Below are positions 31,877 through 45,182 of a stretch of 64,000 bases of DNA, piece by piece. The notes under the pieces are model-generated. The model did not search any database. It was not told where the DNA came from and worked only from the letters and a program-made list of their open reading frames with translations. Both the position numbers and the translations under genes were made by a program. The stretch is from the NCBI GenBank assembly GCA_964016885.1, contig OZ024742.1:265794001-265858000 (forward strand), in the 5' to 3' direction. The stretch is from Eledone cirrhosa. Lineage: Eukaryota. Each line of letters begins with the position of its first letter. Position 1 is the first letter of the stretch.

Positions 31877-32016
31877 ACTGCTTTACGATCGTTTCTAGGT
31901 GATGATAATACATCGTAACTATACTACGATATCGATCTATGTAAGGTTAGTTACAAAATATCAGATAAAGAGAATATTTACTTACATGCATATCACCAGC
32001 TGTTGTCAAAAGCAAT
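31877..32016 (-). ncRNA. Hammerhead-like motif (type I), long stem II, UUGACAA core
   Basis: Minus strand reads AUUGCUU-UUGACAA-cagcuGGUGAU...AUCACCua-GAAA-CGAUCG-UA-AAGCAGU. Confidence 0.5.
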
Positions 32017-32422
32017 AATAATGTTATTCAAAATTAGTAGTAAATTAGTATTATGTTTAGTTCTATGACCTTGTTTGGAGGTAGTTGAAGAACTAACCAA
32101 TCAGATTGTTTTATTCCATATGATGTTGAGATGAAAAATAATTCACTTTAGTTGAGGTCATGACCCTTTGAAAGGAATTGTTGAATGATGTTAATAACAG
32201 AATTGCCATGAAAAGTCTATTAGGAAAAAAGGGATTGTTAAATTGATAGTTGAACGTATATGGTATAGTGAAGTTTAAAAGGAATGTAAAAATTAAATTT
32301 TGAGTTGTGTTGTATGGAGTTTTTAGGTGAATATAAATTAAGGTCATGGCTAGGAAAGATAGTACATTAAAAGATGAAAATTATTATAAGATAATGAAAT
32401 ACAGAAGTACAAAAATATAATA

Positions 32423-32605
32423 TAATTGTTTCTACCTTTGGCACAAGGCCAGCAATTATCCAGTACATTACTGGTACTTTATTTTATCGACCCCGCAAGG
32501 ATGAAAGGCAAAGTCAACCTCGGCGGGATTTGAACTCAGATCGTAAAGGGACGTAACTATGCTGGAAAGCATGGCGTCCGACCCTCTACCGATACTGCCA
32601 ATCCA
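32423..32605 (-). mobile_element. SINE family A
   Basis: Close match to 29281-29463 and 62841-63028. Confidence 0.85.
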
Positions 32606-34915
32606 GTAACACAATATAGTACGGTGTGGTAAATTGTACTTAGTATAATACAGCGTATGATACGCCTTAAAATACCTTCAAGTATGTCTATGTAAAAATA
32701 ATCAAACTCAGATAAATACATGTTGACATAGTCAAAACGCATAAATTTCATAGATAACAAAGTACATATACCCACATTATAGATAGAGGCTAAGTTACAT
32801 TGATACTCAACTAAAAATATACATACACATAAATAGATGCAAATATATACATACATCTACACATGTGCATATAATCATATACACATATATCTATATATAT
32901 ATACACTTACATATACACACCTATACACACATATATATATATATGTATGTACACACACATATATGTACACACACACATATAAACACTCATACACATATAC
33001 TCGCATATACACACACACACGCGCATATATATATATATATTCCCATATCATACATACATAGATACATATTTACTCATGCAATTACGGGTGGTTGTGTACT
33101 TTGTTGCCCTTAGTCATTAACGCATAAATCTAAGGAAGCTAAAACATTAAAAGGTAAAAAATAAGCATGAATGCGTATAATTAGGGGAAAGGGATACTAG
33201 CAAATGTTACGCCATATAGAATTATAATGAGTTGCTATTTAGAATATTTAATTAGGTTTATAGTATTTAAATGTTTTTCGTATACGGTGATTACAAACTA
33301 TAATCAGTTCCTGTCTTTTATTCAATAAATCGTCCTTAGATTTAGTAATTTCCAAGGTCTTCCCTGAACATAACCTGAATTCTCACCTGTTCCCAAGATA
33401 TTGAGTTCTTTGTAGAATGGTGTTCCATGATAGCTTGAAATCTATTTCTTTCTTTTTATAGTTATTTACTGCTTCAGCTAAAGATGTGGTGTTAGCTAGT
33501 TTAGTATTGTTAAAACTACTAGAGTGTGCGTAAAATTTTTTCTTAAATGTGTTCGATGTAGATCCTATATATGTTTTGTTGGAGTCACTAGTTGACACAG
33601 TGCATTTATATATTACATTATTAATCAAACAGTTGCCATTTAAGGGGAAAATGCTTCTATTTCTGCAATTACAACCATACGTAAGATGGTTGTTGGGGGT
33701 ACCTATACCATTCTCATTAATTCCTAGCTATTCCTATTGTAATTAATGTTAGCGGGAGAATGAAGGTTTCTTTGTGGGTGGTTTAGTGCTAGGGTTGTAT
33801 TATGACTTTGTGTTCTGTTGTTTTTGTGTTGGTGATTTGGGTGGTTGTGTTTTCCAGGTTGAGGATTGTATTATTTGTCCTTTTAAAAGGTGCAGTCTTA
33901 TTTAAATTATGTTGTGGTGGTGTGGTCATATTATTTTTAATTTTATAAATGTTGTAGTTGCTTATTTTTTGCTGGAGATTGTTTGATGTAGAGTATGAGA
34001 ATTTAACAGTATATCTGTTAAATATTTGGTGGTATCTGTGGTTTGGTGGAAAATGTTTATGTAGAATTTCGAAGAATTTGTTGGGGATTTGTCCAATAGT
34101 TTGCAGGTTGAAGGGTGCGTTGTACCATGTTATGTTTCTTTTGCGGTTTTTAGTTAAGTTCTTATTACCACTTATATTATTGTGCTGTGTTATAGAAGAA
34201 TTCCCATGGTTAGTATTCGTATTTGTGGAATTTGGTTAACTACCGTGGTTGTATTTGATTTGATTTTTGGGTAGATTATGAGATTTTGAATGCTTGGTAT
34301 TCATATGTGAGTTGATAACATTGGTCATAGATCGTGTAGTAATAGTTGTTGTGGTTTTTCGGTTGCTTGGTGTAATAGGAATAACCCCTTTAGGTATTTG
34401 TTTCAATGGTATTTTTTGGTGTTTGTAGTTTTTGCTAGGTTTTATATTTTGGTCCATAGTAGTGTTGGGGATATATGAGATTTTTTCTTTATATCCACTT
34501 CTAGTTAAGTTGTAGAAAGGTGCATTATTATAAAATATATCTTCATTGGAAGATAATTTAGAAAGTCTAAGAGATATGTTGTATACTAAGTTTTTGAGTA
34601 TAGAGCCAGGGTGGTTAGAGTGTGAATGTACATAGTGTAGATTCTGGTTGGGTTTGTGGTAAGGCCGATAAATACTCGTAGAGAGGTCTAAGGTAACGTC
34701 TGAGAGGTCTGTAACTTGAGCAGAGTCCATGGATCCGATCGTAATATCGAATAAGTTGTTATATGTGTTTCTTGTCCAGTGTTCTTCTTGGAAGTTTAGT
34801 ATGGTTTTTCTAGCGTGAGTTATGATATTGATTTCCTCAGTAAATAAATCCGATCTATTTCTGGCGAAGATCAGTGCTTGTTTAAAAGAATTGGAGAAAT
34901 CGAAGAATAGTAAGA

Positions 34916-34952
<37 letters not shown>

Positions 34953-35026
34953 TGTATGTATGTATTATGTATGTACGTATATCATACATATATTCATACA
35001 TTTGGGTGTTTGTGTGTATTTGTATG

Positions 35027-35233
35027 AAGGCGAATGGCTTTGTGGTGGTGGTATTCGGCTCACAATCGTAAGGCCGTGCGATTCCCGGAGGCACGTTGTG
35101 TCCTTGAGCAAGACACTTTATTAGTCGTTGATACTGTCCACTTAGCTGGCAAAAATGAGTTGTACCTTTCAAAGGCGGTGCCCTAGCATGGCCTCAACCA
35201 GATGACTGAAACAGGTAAAAGAGTAAAAGAGTA
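35027..35233 (+). mobile_element. tRNA-headed CORE-like SINE with (TAAAAGAG)n tail
   Basis: tgtgtccttgagcaagacacttta CORE-like motif; ends taaaagagtaaaagagta. Confidence 0.75.
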
Positions 35234-35325
35234 GATATACATATATTAGACGTGTAAATGAAAGCATATATAAACATACATAATACGTTTATATACAATA
35301 TGTTTTCATACACACCTCTATTATG

Positions 35326-36230
35326 CTAGGTGGTATCAACAGATAGCAACACACGGTTGCACGAACAGTGAGACCTAGCAGTGGCCTTCACGCGCTAGTG
35401 TGTCGAGTGACATAATTGTGTTCACTTCGCAAGTTGTGAAATGTGTGTTTTTGTGATCACGTGCTAGCTGTAGCCTGCGAATTTGTTATGGAAGGAAGTT
35501 GTAACAAAGAGCCAACTTGAAATATTGCGTTCGACTTGGGAAGTCTGCTACATCCTTCACGTCAAGGATCATCTCCGATGACAAGAATTTGGTATGACGG
35601 GTACGACCCTGAGACAAAGCAGCAATCGACACGGTGGAAAAGCCCTTCATCTCCACGATCAAAGAAGGCCCGACAGAACTGCAGCTCAGTCAAGAGAACA
35701 TGCTGATCGTTTTTTTTTTCGACATCCGTGGTAATATGAATCGGGAATTCGTCTCTCAGGGTCAGACCGACAATCGAGAGTTCTGCTGCAACGTTTTGAG
35801 GCGTTATCCAGAGGACGTTCGGTGAAAGCGACCAGATCCGTGGAGAGCAAAGAATTGGATTCTTCACGATGACAATCTACCTCATCACCGAGCTCTCCTC
35901 ACTCGTGAGTTTCTCACCCAAGACAACATTGTACTGCTTCCGCACCGCCCTATTCGCCAGATATGGCACCTGCAAACTTTCATTTCTTCTCCAAGCAGAA
36001 AATGTAGCTCAAAGGTTGCCGTTTTAAAACCATTGTCGCGATCCGGAGCGAATCGCAGAAGGTCCTCGACTCGCTTACGGAAAACGATTTCCAGGCCGGA
36101 AGTGGCTGGAACCCTGGGACCAGTGTATTGGTGCGCAAGGTGATTATTTCGAAGATGATGTTAAAACTTAGGTAAATATATTAGTTCTTTTTAAACATAA
36201 CTAGTCCGGGAACCTTTTGATACCACCTCG
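35326..36230 (+). mobile_element. Mariner (Tc1/mariner) relic with frameshifted, internally deleted transposase
   Basis: YDPETKQQSTRWK (~35602), WILHDDN (~35856) and a frameshifted P-H-x-P-Y-S-P-D motif (~35940). Right TIR ...ttttgataccacctcg|TA matches the left remnant aggtggtatcaa. Confidence 0.85.
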
Positions 36231-36332
36231 TATGGCCGACTGAATACGCACCTGTGATTTTTTCTCCACATTTCTTTTCTTATTTCCCCGTTCCTTCCTC
36301 TAATCACTCTTTACTTTCTATTTCTTACTCTA

Positions 36333-36368
36333 TCTTTTGATGAAAGACTAGTGTCCGAAACGTTAAGA
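36333..36368 (+). ncRNA. Minimal hammerhead-like motif in a short PLE-type terminal remnant
   Basis: UCUU-UUGAUGA-aaGACuaguGUCc-GAAA-CG-UU-AAGA. Confidence 0.55.
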
Positions 36369-36455
36369 CTCTCTTCCTGCTATTTTAAGCGTTAAACTAA
36401 TATATTCCTTCCTTGTACAGTACCGTTTGTTTTGTTATTTTGTTATTACCTTTTT

Positions 36456-37198
<743 letters not shown>

Positions 37199-38754
37199 AT
37201 TTTATACTTGCGTATTTTGTGTTAGTACGGAACTTTATTTAGTTCTTGGCAAACAATACCCGAAGAATATTTAACATTAAAGAACACTTTGGAATGTCAA
37301 CCCCCACCATCCATTGGCAGAGAACCAACATTCTCGCTCTTCATTTTTTTCCCTATTTTCCTTCGTTTGTTGTTTGTTTATTTGGTTTCTTTGATTTTTT
37401 TTTTTTATTGTTTTTTTTTTTTCGGTTTTTACATTACTTCACTTTTTTTTATTCCTGATTATCTTTTGATTTCCTTTTATTTTACGTGTTTTAGTGTTAT
37501 CGGATTGTTGTGTGTGGTGTGGAAATGGTGGCTGGCGTATATTGAAATCTAAATCAAACAAATAAAGCAATAAAATAATAGCAGTACACACATTCACACA
37601 CGTGCAAGTAACATTGTTTTTAATATATTCCTGGTGCAAATTTTCAGTAGTTGGCTGACTACATTTCAGGTCTAATAGGCCATACGACTTCACAGCTCCA
37701 CGGGTTTCTCGGGTGGTTGTATTGCAGTTCGATCTGTTGCATACATTCAATGGACATTAATGTGTTCCAAGTCTTTAAAAAAACTAGTTAAGAACTTTGG
37801 TCGGTGTACATTTAACCTCTCCGTTAATAAAGATTTTTTTTATTTGACAACCACACATACTAGTAAAATACTAAATGCACTGCTTTCATGAATAAGCTAG
37901 TTGATACACACCAGCCAATAATATGTGTACATATATTACACTACAGAAGTAAATAGTGGTGCCCTCATCATTATTACAACGGAAACATTGTTTCCTCGGT
38001 CCGATTTGACGAAAGTCGATCGAAAAGGAATATACCACCTATCCAAGGGTGGTAAAGGGTTTGCCTCTCCCTTCCTCTTTACCTTTTTCATTGTTTAATT
38101 ATTGCTCCACCATTTTTCTCTTTTTTTTTCTGTCTTCCTAATTATTATCTTATTCTTTTTTCTTAAATACGTTCATCGTTGTATACTTCTGTTCAACAAT
38201 AATTTGGTCTACATTCGGAGAGGAAATGAAGATAAGAGATGATCATACTGAATCAATAGTGTTGAATTCTATATGTTAAAGTATTATACCTGACTCAAAC
38301 TTGTCCGTTTATTATATGAGATTAATAGGGAAAATAACTCACTGGTAAACAATGCTAACAAAGACTAGACTAATTCAATCCGTAACAATGTTAAATTGTG
38401 TGTGTAATTTTAGAAATTAATGTGGTTATCCAAGGAAAATAACACTTCCTGTCTTAAAAAGAACACATTGAATAAATGTTTTTCTGGGCTACACAATTTC
38501 AGAAGAAAAGATTGGCATGGCTTTTGGTCATAGACCTGCTCTATCAGGGCTGATCTGGACTAAACAATAACAACACTTGCAACAATCACCACTTATACAG
38601 GGCTCTCGTCGCAAACGACTTGTTTGAAATGGTGAAAATAGAATAGTCGATGGAGTTATCCGTACTTGAGAATAGAACAATGTTAGTGGTGTCAACTAGT
38701 GGTACAATTTAAAGCTAAGAATCCTATAGCTATCTGTAACACTCTGATATAATA

Positions 38755-38925
38755 ATTTCTAATTTAGGCCTAAGACCAGCAATTTTAGTGCTACTTTATT
38801 TCATCGACCTCGGAAGAATGATTGGCAAAGTTGACCTAAGCGAGATTTGAACTCAGAGCGTATAGCATCGGAACAAATACTGCAAAGCATTTCACCGACG
38901 CTCTAACAACTTTACTAATCCACCA
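38755..38925 (-). mobile_element. Degraded SINE family A
   Basis: ttcatcgacctcggaagaatgattggcaaagttgacctaagcgagatttgaactcaga. Confidence 0.7.
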
Positions 38926-39119
38926 GACTATATAGTGAACAATTCCTAAAAGCAGAGACAACATGGTACTGACATCCTGCTAATGACGATGTTATAAGCT
39001 AGTCTAACCTTAATTGCAACCACAATCAAATTACTGGGCACATGAGATCGATTGGTCAATATAGGGAATAACATGAAAATGAAATACAGAATAAAAAAGA
39101 GAAAAGTGAGAAAAGAGCG

Positions 39120-39173
39120 GATGATGGTGTTGATGATAATGATGACGACGACGGTGATGATGATGATTATGAT

Positions 39174-39253
<80 letters not shown>

Positions 39254-39349
39254 GGTGGTGGTGGTGGTGGTGGTGGTGGTGGTGGTGGTGGTGGTGGTGG
39301 TGGTAGTAGTGAGAAGAAGAAGAAGAAGAAGAAGAAGAAGAAGAAGAAG

Positions 39350-39379
<30 letters not shown>
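39120..39379. repeat. Compound trinucleotide microsatellite (GAT)n-(TAG)n-(TGG)n-(GAA)n
   Basis: Three abutting pure tracts of about 20 units each after a degenerate GAT tract. Confidence 0.97.
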
Positions 39380-39380
<1 letters not shown>

Positions 39381-40727
39381 TGTTACATGGTTATGGTCAA
39401 GCACTTACATCTTAACAGTTCTCATTCGAGACATTAAGACACGCCATTCATTAAATCAACTAAGCCATTATTCATATATTATGAAACATTTGTAACACTA
39501 ACAATACAGAGTTGAATTCAATTAAGTTATATGCCTTAATTCATATTTATAATTGCTTGTCTACTACACTAGCTAATACTAACTATGCTTACTAACGCCA
39601 TTGAAAATAAGAGAAATGCAGAATTTATTAATTCAAGTAAGACATATGCGCTAAGGTGCCTCTCGCAATTACTATTGCTTGTTTACAGTGAAACACATTT
39701 ATCACTGTGAGAATCCTGAGAAAATTGCAGACATATACAAATGTGTCATTTATTAATTCATTTCTATTTGCATGATGTCTCACATAATCATTTTTCACTA
39801 CAAATCCACGTGTCAGATACCAACACTCAACATATATCTGCTAAAGCGATAACGCCCCAGCAATCATTTTCACACATAAACACATTTTCTAGCTGATATA
39901 CAGAGAGAGTGAGTGGGGGAGGAAGAGAGAGAGGCAGAAATCGGTAAAAGAATAATAAAGATAACAACAACCACCACCAGCAACAAACGATATATTGTTA
40001 ATACTATACCATTGAGAAATAGTTACAATGAAAATGGTAACATACTTCGAATTGTTTGTTTGGTCGATAGGCGTTGTACAAAATATAATAGAATGGGAAA
40101 ATTAAATTTCAATATTACAAATATCATCTTACAACTCTCTTTTTAAGTTTTTTTACTCCTCCATATCTTCTCCGCTTTCTCTCTCTTTATATGCAGCCAT
40201 ACATATGTACATGAATGCACACGCACATATATATGTGTGTGTTTCTAGGTGCACTAAACTGTATATAGATATATATACTCGTAAGTATGTATGTATCTAT
40301 GTATTGACTGAAGTACTGAAACAGTGTATTTGTAGAGAAAGTTTATAAAAATATATACATGAGTTCATTTAATAAACATACATTTAATAGACACTTATGA
40401 GCTTGTAATGACAGGGGAAACTGGTAGAGATTTCCACCTCTCTGATCAGCAGCCAGAGCATATATTTAGTTTTGCTAGGCCAATGTCTGCTTCATAGCGA
40501 GACGAAATATATATTGATTAAGCTTACGTTACGATATATATAGTCAGATTGTTGAATAATAATTATTATTACTGGTGATACTAATTTGGGGATTTAATGT
40601 ATTTACGTGGATTTGACATTTGGTATATAATGCAGAGGATAATACCGTTATCTGTTTGTTATTGACATAAGTTGCATTTATCAGAAATGAGAGAATGAAG
40701 TTTAAATTCATGATATATCATTCGGAA

Positions 40728-40839
40728 TCACGCATAACACGTGTTTCGCAAACGAACAGTTCTAAGGCACATGCAATTATGTAATAGTTCCTTAACATGC
40801 AGCTCGACTCAGCTTCGATTTGCTCATTAGATGCCATGA
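40728..40839 (-). ncRNA. Hammerhead-like motif (type I), long stem II
   Basis: Minus strand reads UCAUgGCAU-CUAAUGA-GCAAAuCGAA...UUCGUUUGC-GAAA-CACGUG-UU-AUGCGUGA. Confidence 0.6.
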
Positions 40840-41028
40840 AGGTTGCAATTACATCATGGACATGTATTTGATCTCGCAATACATATATGTATACACACAC
40901 ACACACACACACATATATATACACACACACACACACATACAAACATACACACACAAACACACACATACACAAACAAACACACACACACACATACACACAC
41001 ATACACACACACACACAAACACACACGC

Positions 41029-41104
<76 letters not shown>

Positions 41105-41579
41105 GATAAGGAAAGAAGAAGCTTTTATTTTTCAACTCCATTTAAAATGAAGAGAGTCAGGGTAATATCAATTAAACTCAGTTTTAAATATCTACGTTCG
41201 TTTCTATACAGGGATAATGGTAAATGCGTATGTAAACAACTTCTTCCGCTGAATCTTAACTAATTAAAACACTTCTTTGCAGTGGTAAATTAGCAGTACC
41301 ATATTCACTCTATCTTAAAGGCCACTTAAAATTAAAATCTTTTGGGGTCAGCCCCAAACCTAGTGGAAATCCATCTCATTCCCCATTTTTCCTGTATAAT
41401 CTAGGTACACTTATCAGCACATCCACTATGTGATGTATCCAAATATACACTTATTTTTATATTTGCATGCATGTATAGGTAGATATATATATTTATGTCT
41501 GTGTGTGTGTGGGGGGGGGGGGGGGTACATATAAAAAATGAAAAAATTCATCGCGAGAACAGCGGTTAAAAGGTCATAT

Positions 41580-42600
41580 GCTGTCAAAGACACCAATACA
41601 GAGAACAGAAACCAGCGGGCTGTGCTGGGGTCGTCAGAGAGACAATCCAGGTGGTGGGTGACAGGCAGATGAAATATAGAAAAGCTGGAAAGAGGAGGAC
41701 AAGCAATTTTTAGCTACAACCAACGAGACAGAATCAGAGTGTACATGGCGAAATACAAGACCCTCATTTACATGGACATGAAAGGGATTTGCTCGCTGTA
41801 AAGGAGCAAATCATGGAATAGCTCAGAGAGGGCTTGGGAAAAGATAGGGAAAGCCAACTCATGGTACGACAACCACATACCATGTGTCATGTTCGTGGAT
41901 GCAACCTCTGGAGGTGAATTAGCTAACCAATTTAGAAAGGTCCTAAGAAAAACCTATTTAAATATTAAAGTGGTAGAAAAACGAAGAACTACCATAAAAT
42001 CCCTCATCAGTAAAACTTACCCCTTTAAGAAAATCCACTGTACAAATAAGAAATGTTTAATATGTAGAGTAAGTCCTCAAATAAATTGTAAAACTAGAAA
42101 TGTAGTCTATAGCATAAGATGTACAGAAGGTGCTTGCAGAAGCATAACAACGACATACATAGGAGAGACAGCTCGTAGCATAGGAGAGAAGATAGATGAA
42201 CACTGGGGTGAACTAAAAGGATAAAAAGACAATCAAGTACTATATGAACAAGCCAGATGGTAAAATAGACAACACAGAAATTAAAATAATAACATAGGAA
42301 TGACTCTGCAATTAGACAAATTAGGGAGGCTACAGAAATAGAATTAAGAAAGCCTAGGCTGAACAGAAAACATGAATGGAATAACAACAAACATACCCAA
42401 ACACACACTAGTGACCTTAGATAGAATATAAACATATATAGATGCAATAAAAACGCACACATAAACACACACTAGTGACCAAATGTTGAATATAAACACA
42501 TAAAAACACAAACTCAGACACGAGCACACACCCAACAATACAAGCATACAACCGCCTGCGCAAACAGAGACAACAATAAATGAATAAATAAATAAATTAA
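41580..42600 (+). mobile_element. Penelope-like element 3' fragment, family 3 (Cys-rich linker + GIY-YIG)
   Basis: ORF 41889-42224: FVDATSGGELA...CTNKKCLIC...NCKTRNVVYSIRC...YIGETARS; the left boundary is uncertain. Confidence 0.75.
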
Positions 42601-42613
42601 TTAATTAATTGAT

Positions 42614-43124
42614 AAATATTATAGAAACACAACGGAAAGAAACATGAAAACAGGATAATCGCAGAGATATTTTTGATGAAAGAACTTTGAAAAACTATAT
42701 TTATATTCATGTTTTTAACTGTTGATCAACCATAAACATTAATAGCCAGCTAAGCGAAAACCAAACCAAAGAGTGAGTGTGTTATACTACATCGTTCTGG
42801 CAATATTAGGCCAATATGACCCCAAATATAACAGTATCTAGAATTTGAAAGCCACGATAATGCGAAATGGACGGATAAACAAGTCGAATGAAACAAGATG
42901 TAATGTGGCTTTTACCTTAGTTTATTTATATGTCCTGATATTTCGAGATTAAGATATTTTCTTCAGGGGGAAATAAAGGGACTAATCCAGTATTGATCAA
43001 CAGTTAAAAACATAAATATGAATATAAATATAGTTTTTCAAAGTTCTTTCATCACACATATCTGAGACATCATCAGTGATTATCATGTTTCCATGTTTCA
43101 TCCCGTTGTGTTCCTATACGATTT
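42614..43124. repeat. Inverted repeat, ~115-130-bp arms around a ~265-bp spacer
   Basis: 42614-42729 is the imperfect reverse complement of 42993-43124 (e.g. gatgaaagaactttgaaaaactatatttatattcat). Confidence 0.85.
42931..42972 (-). ncRNA. Degenerate minimal hammerhead-like motif
   Basis: Minus strand reads cccc-CUGAAGA-aaauaucuuaaucuc-GAAA-UA-UC-agga; stems I and II are imperfect. Confidence 0.4.
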
Positions 43125-43164
43125 CATATAAAAAAACTTGCGAAACAAATACATCGCCGCTATA

Positions 43165-43213
<49 letters not shown>

Positions 43214-43427
43214 TTGTGTGTGTGCGCGCGCGTGTGTATGTGTGCGTGCGTGCGTGTGTTTCTGTGTATTTAATAGATACATATTACCCGTAGAGGAACC
43301 GAAAAGGACCACTGATTCTGAATACGCAAAACGGAGAGTGTACATGATTTATGTTACGTGGAAATAAATTGTAGAGGGCTTTCACTGGTTCATTCGGTTG
43401 ATACAGGACATTGGCTTAGAATAGTAC

Positions 43428-43490
<63 letters not shown>

Positions 43491-43512
43491 CAGAAATACA
43501 TGAATAAGAAAA

Positions 43513-43634
43513 ACAAATTCTTACACGGTGTTTCGTCTTCAAGTACATTTACAATACAGTAGGTAGACATATATGTGTGTACATATTCCACCATAAAGAT
43601 GCACTTATAAGACTCATCAAAGAAAAATGTTTGT
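43513..43634 (-). ncRNA. Hammerhead-like motif (type I), long stem II
   Basis: Minus strand reads UUCU-UUGAUGA-GUCUUaUAAGUGCAU...AUGUACUUGAAGAC-GAAA-CACCGUG-UA-AGAA, with outer ACAAA/UUUGU pairing. Confidence 0.65.
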
Positions 43635-44049
43635 CCTTAGAGATGTCACTGAAGGGCTAGTCCAAGTTCGTACGACAACAAAGTAAAGGCTACACATTCA
43701 TGAAATGTTTGTTATTTTAAAATTTATGGAGGTATTAAGAATACGTGTTTCCATGTCTACCTATTGTCTATTTTTTTTAAATGGTGGCGTTAAAAGGGGC
43801 GTAATTATCCTCAGGGAGATAACTAGTGTTTTTCTAAATTAAACCTTGGCTTAACAGGAGTAAGGTATATTATTAGAATATAGGTTATATAGTGTAAAGG
43901 TAATCAAGGCTTACAGTCTTAAATTAAACTATCAGTTATAAGCTGCAGTGGTTTAGTGTTGTGGTTGCATATAATTGCTTGGTTATGTAGTAAAGAACGT
44001 CATAAAGGGAACATTATATATTAAAAAATGAATATATATATATATTGAA

Positions 44050-44400
44050 AATGAACAAACAAAACACAGGAGGGAATCGTACAGTTATATTAGGTTCACG
44101 GTTAGTGGAAGTAGAGAAGGTTTTGACGTTTCGGCCAGAAGTGCTTCATCAAAAATGTTCGGATATGAGACAACAGAAACTCCGAGGGGGAGTAAGGGAG
44201 GGTTAAGGAGGGCAGGTAAAAAGTAAAAAAAAAAAGAAAATGGAAAAAGAGAAGGTAAAAATAAAAATAAAAGAGATAGGGGGTACATGTCCAGACAGAG
44301 GGGCCATGGTGGAGGGTAGGAGTGGCATGGGTGTGGTAGAGGGTTTGTATGTGTCAAATTGGAGAAAGAGGGAATGGGTAAAAGGGGCGGCTGCAATCAT
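44050..44400 (-). mobile_element. PLE-type 3' terminal remnant with minimal hammerhead-like motif at 44121-44155
   Basis: Minus strand reads uuu-UUGAUGA-agcacuucuggcc-GAAA-CG-UC-aaaa; downstream sequence loosely resembles the 36.3 and 56.8 kb remnants. Confidence 0.5.
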
Positions 44401-45115
44401 ACATCTCTATAACAAAACAAACATTGTGTGTCAAATATATTTATGCAATTTTGCCGTTATTCTTTTCCAAGAAATTGTTCGCAGACTGAATCTCCTGTTT
44501 TGGTAGCAATTTCGGGTATATAAATATTTACGCGCTCTCAGTTAAATCAGTTCTATGTATAGATATAAATTTACGAGGCAGCGTAAATGTGTATATAAAT
44601 TTATACATTGGGTATACAAACATGTAAACAGGTCAAATACATGTATTTCCCTGTAAATTGGAAAAATGATGAATATATTTATAGGTATATGTATATGTAC
44701 CAAGCTATATCAGCCCGTGTCATTTTCCTTAGTACATTGTGGGTGTCGATAGGGGTGACTGAAGTATTATTTTGTCCCTTGTTCTACTGCTTTTGCCAAT
44801 CCACAATAACAGAGAAGGAATGGAAAAAATGAAGCTGGGCGGAGATCGTCCCATCCACATAAACCATACACAGGCATACATACACAAACACACATCTCTC
44901 TCTATATATATGTGTGTGTGTATGTATGTATGTGTGTGTCTGTGTGTGTGTGTGTGTGAGAGTGGGTGTGTGTACGCGCCCGACTTCAAATATAACAATT
45001 AGCTAACGCCCCATAAATGGGCATGGTGTTTATTATTCAATAAATTGAAGTATGGCAAAGTATAACCGTGTCTTTATATATATATTAACAGAGAGAGAGA
45101 GATTTACACACACAC

Positions 45116-45169
<54 letters not shown>

Positions 45170-45182
<13 letters not shown>

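Larger units (their letters stand above)
31700..34920 (-). mobile_element. Decayed Penelope-like element, family 1 (partial RT + GIY-YIG + long 3' region)
   Basis: ORF 34236-34949: FDITIGSMDSAQVTDL...DVTLDL...YRPYHKPN...YVHSHSNHP. ORF 33383-33628: VIYKC...YIGST...FK. Hammerhead-like motif near the 3' end. Interrupted by a SINE and microsatellites. Confidence 0.8.
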
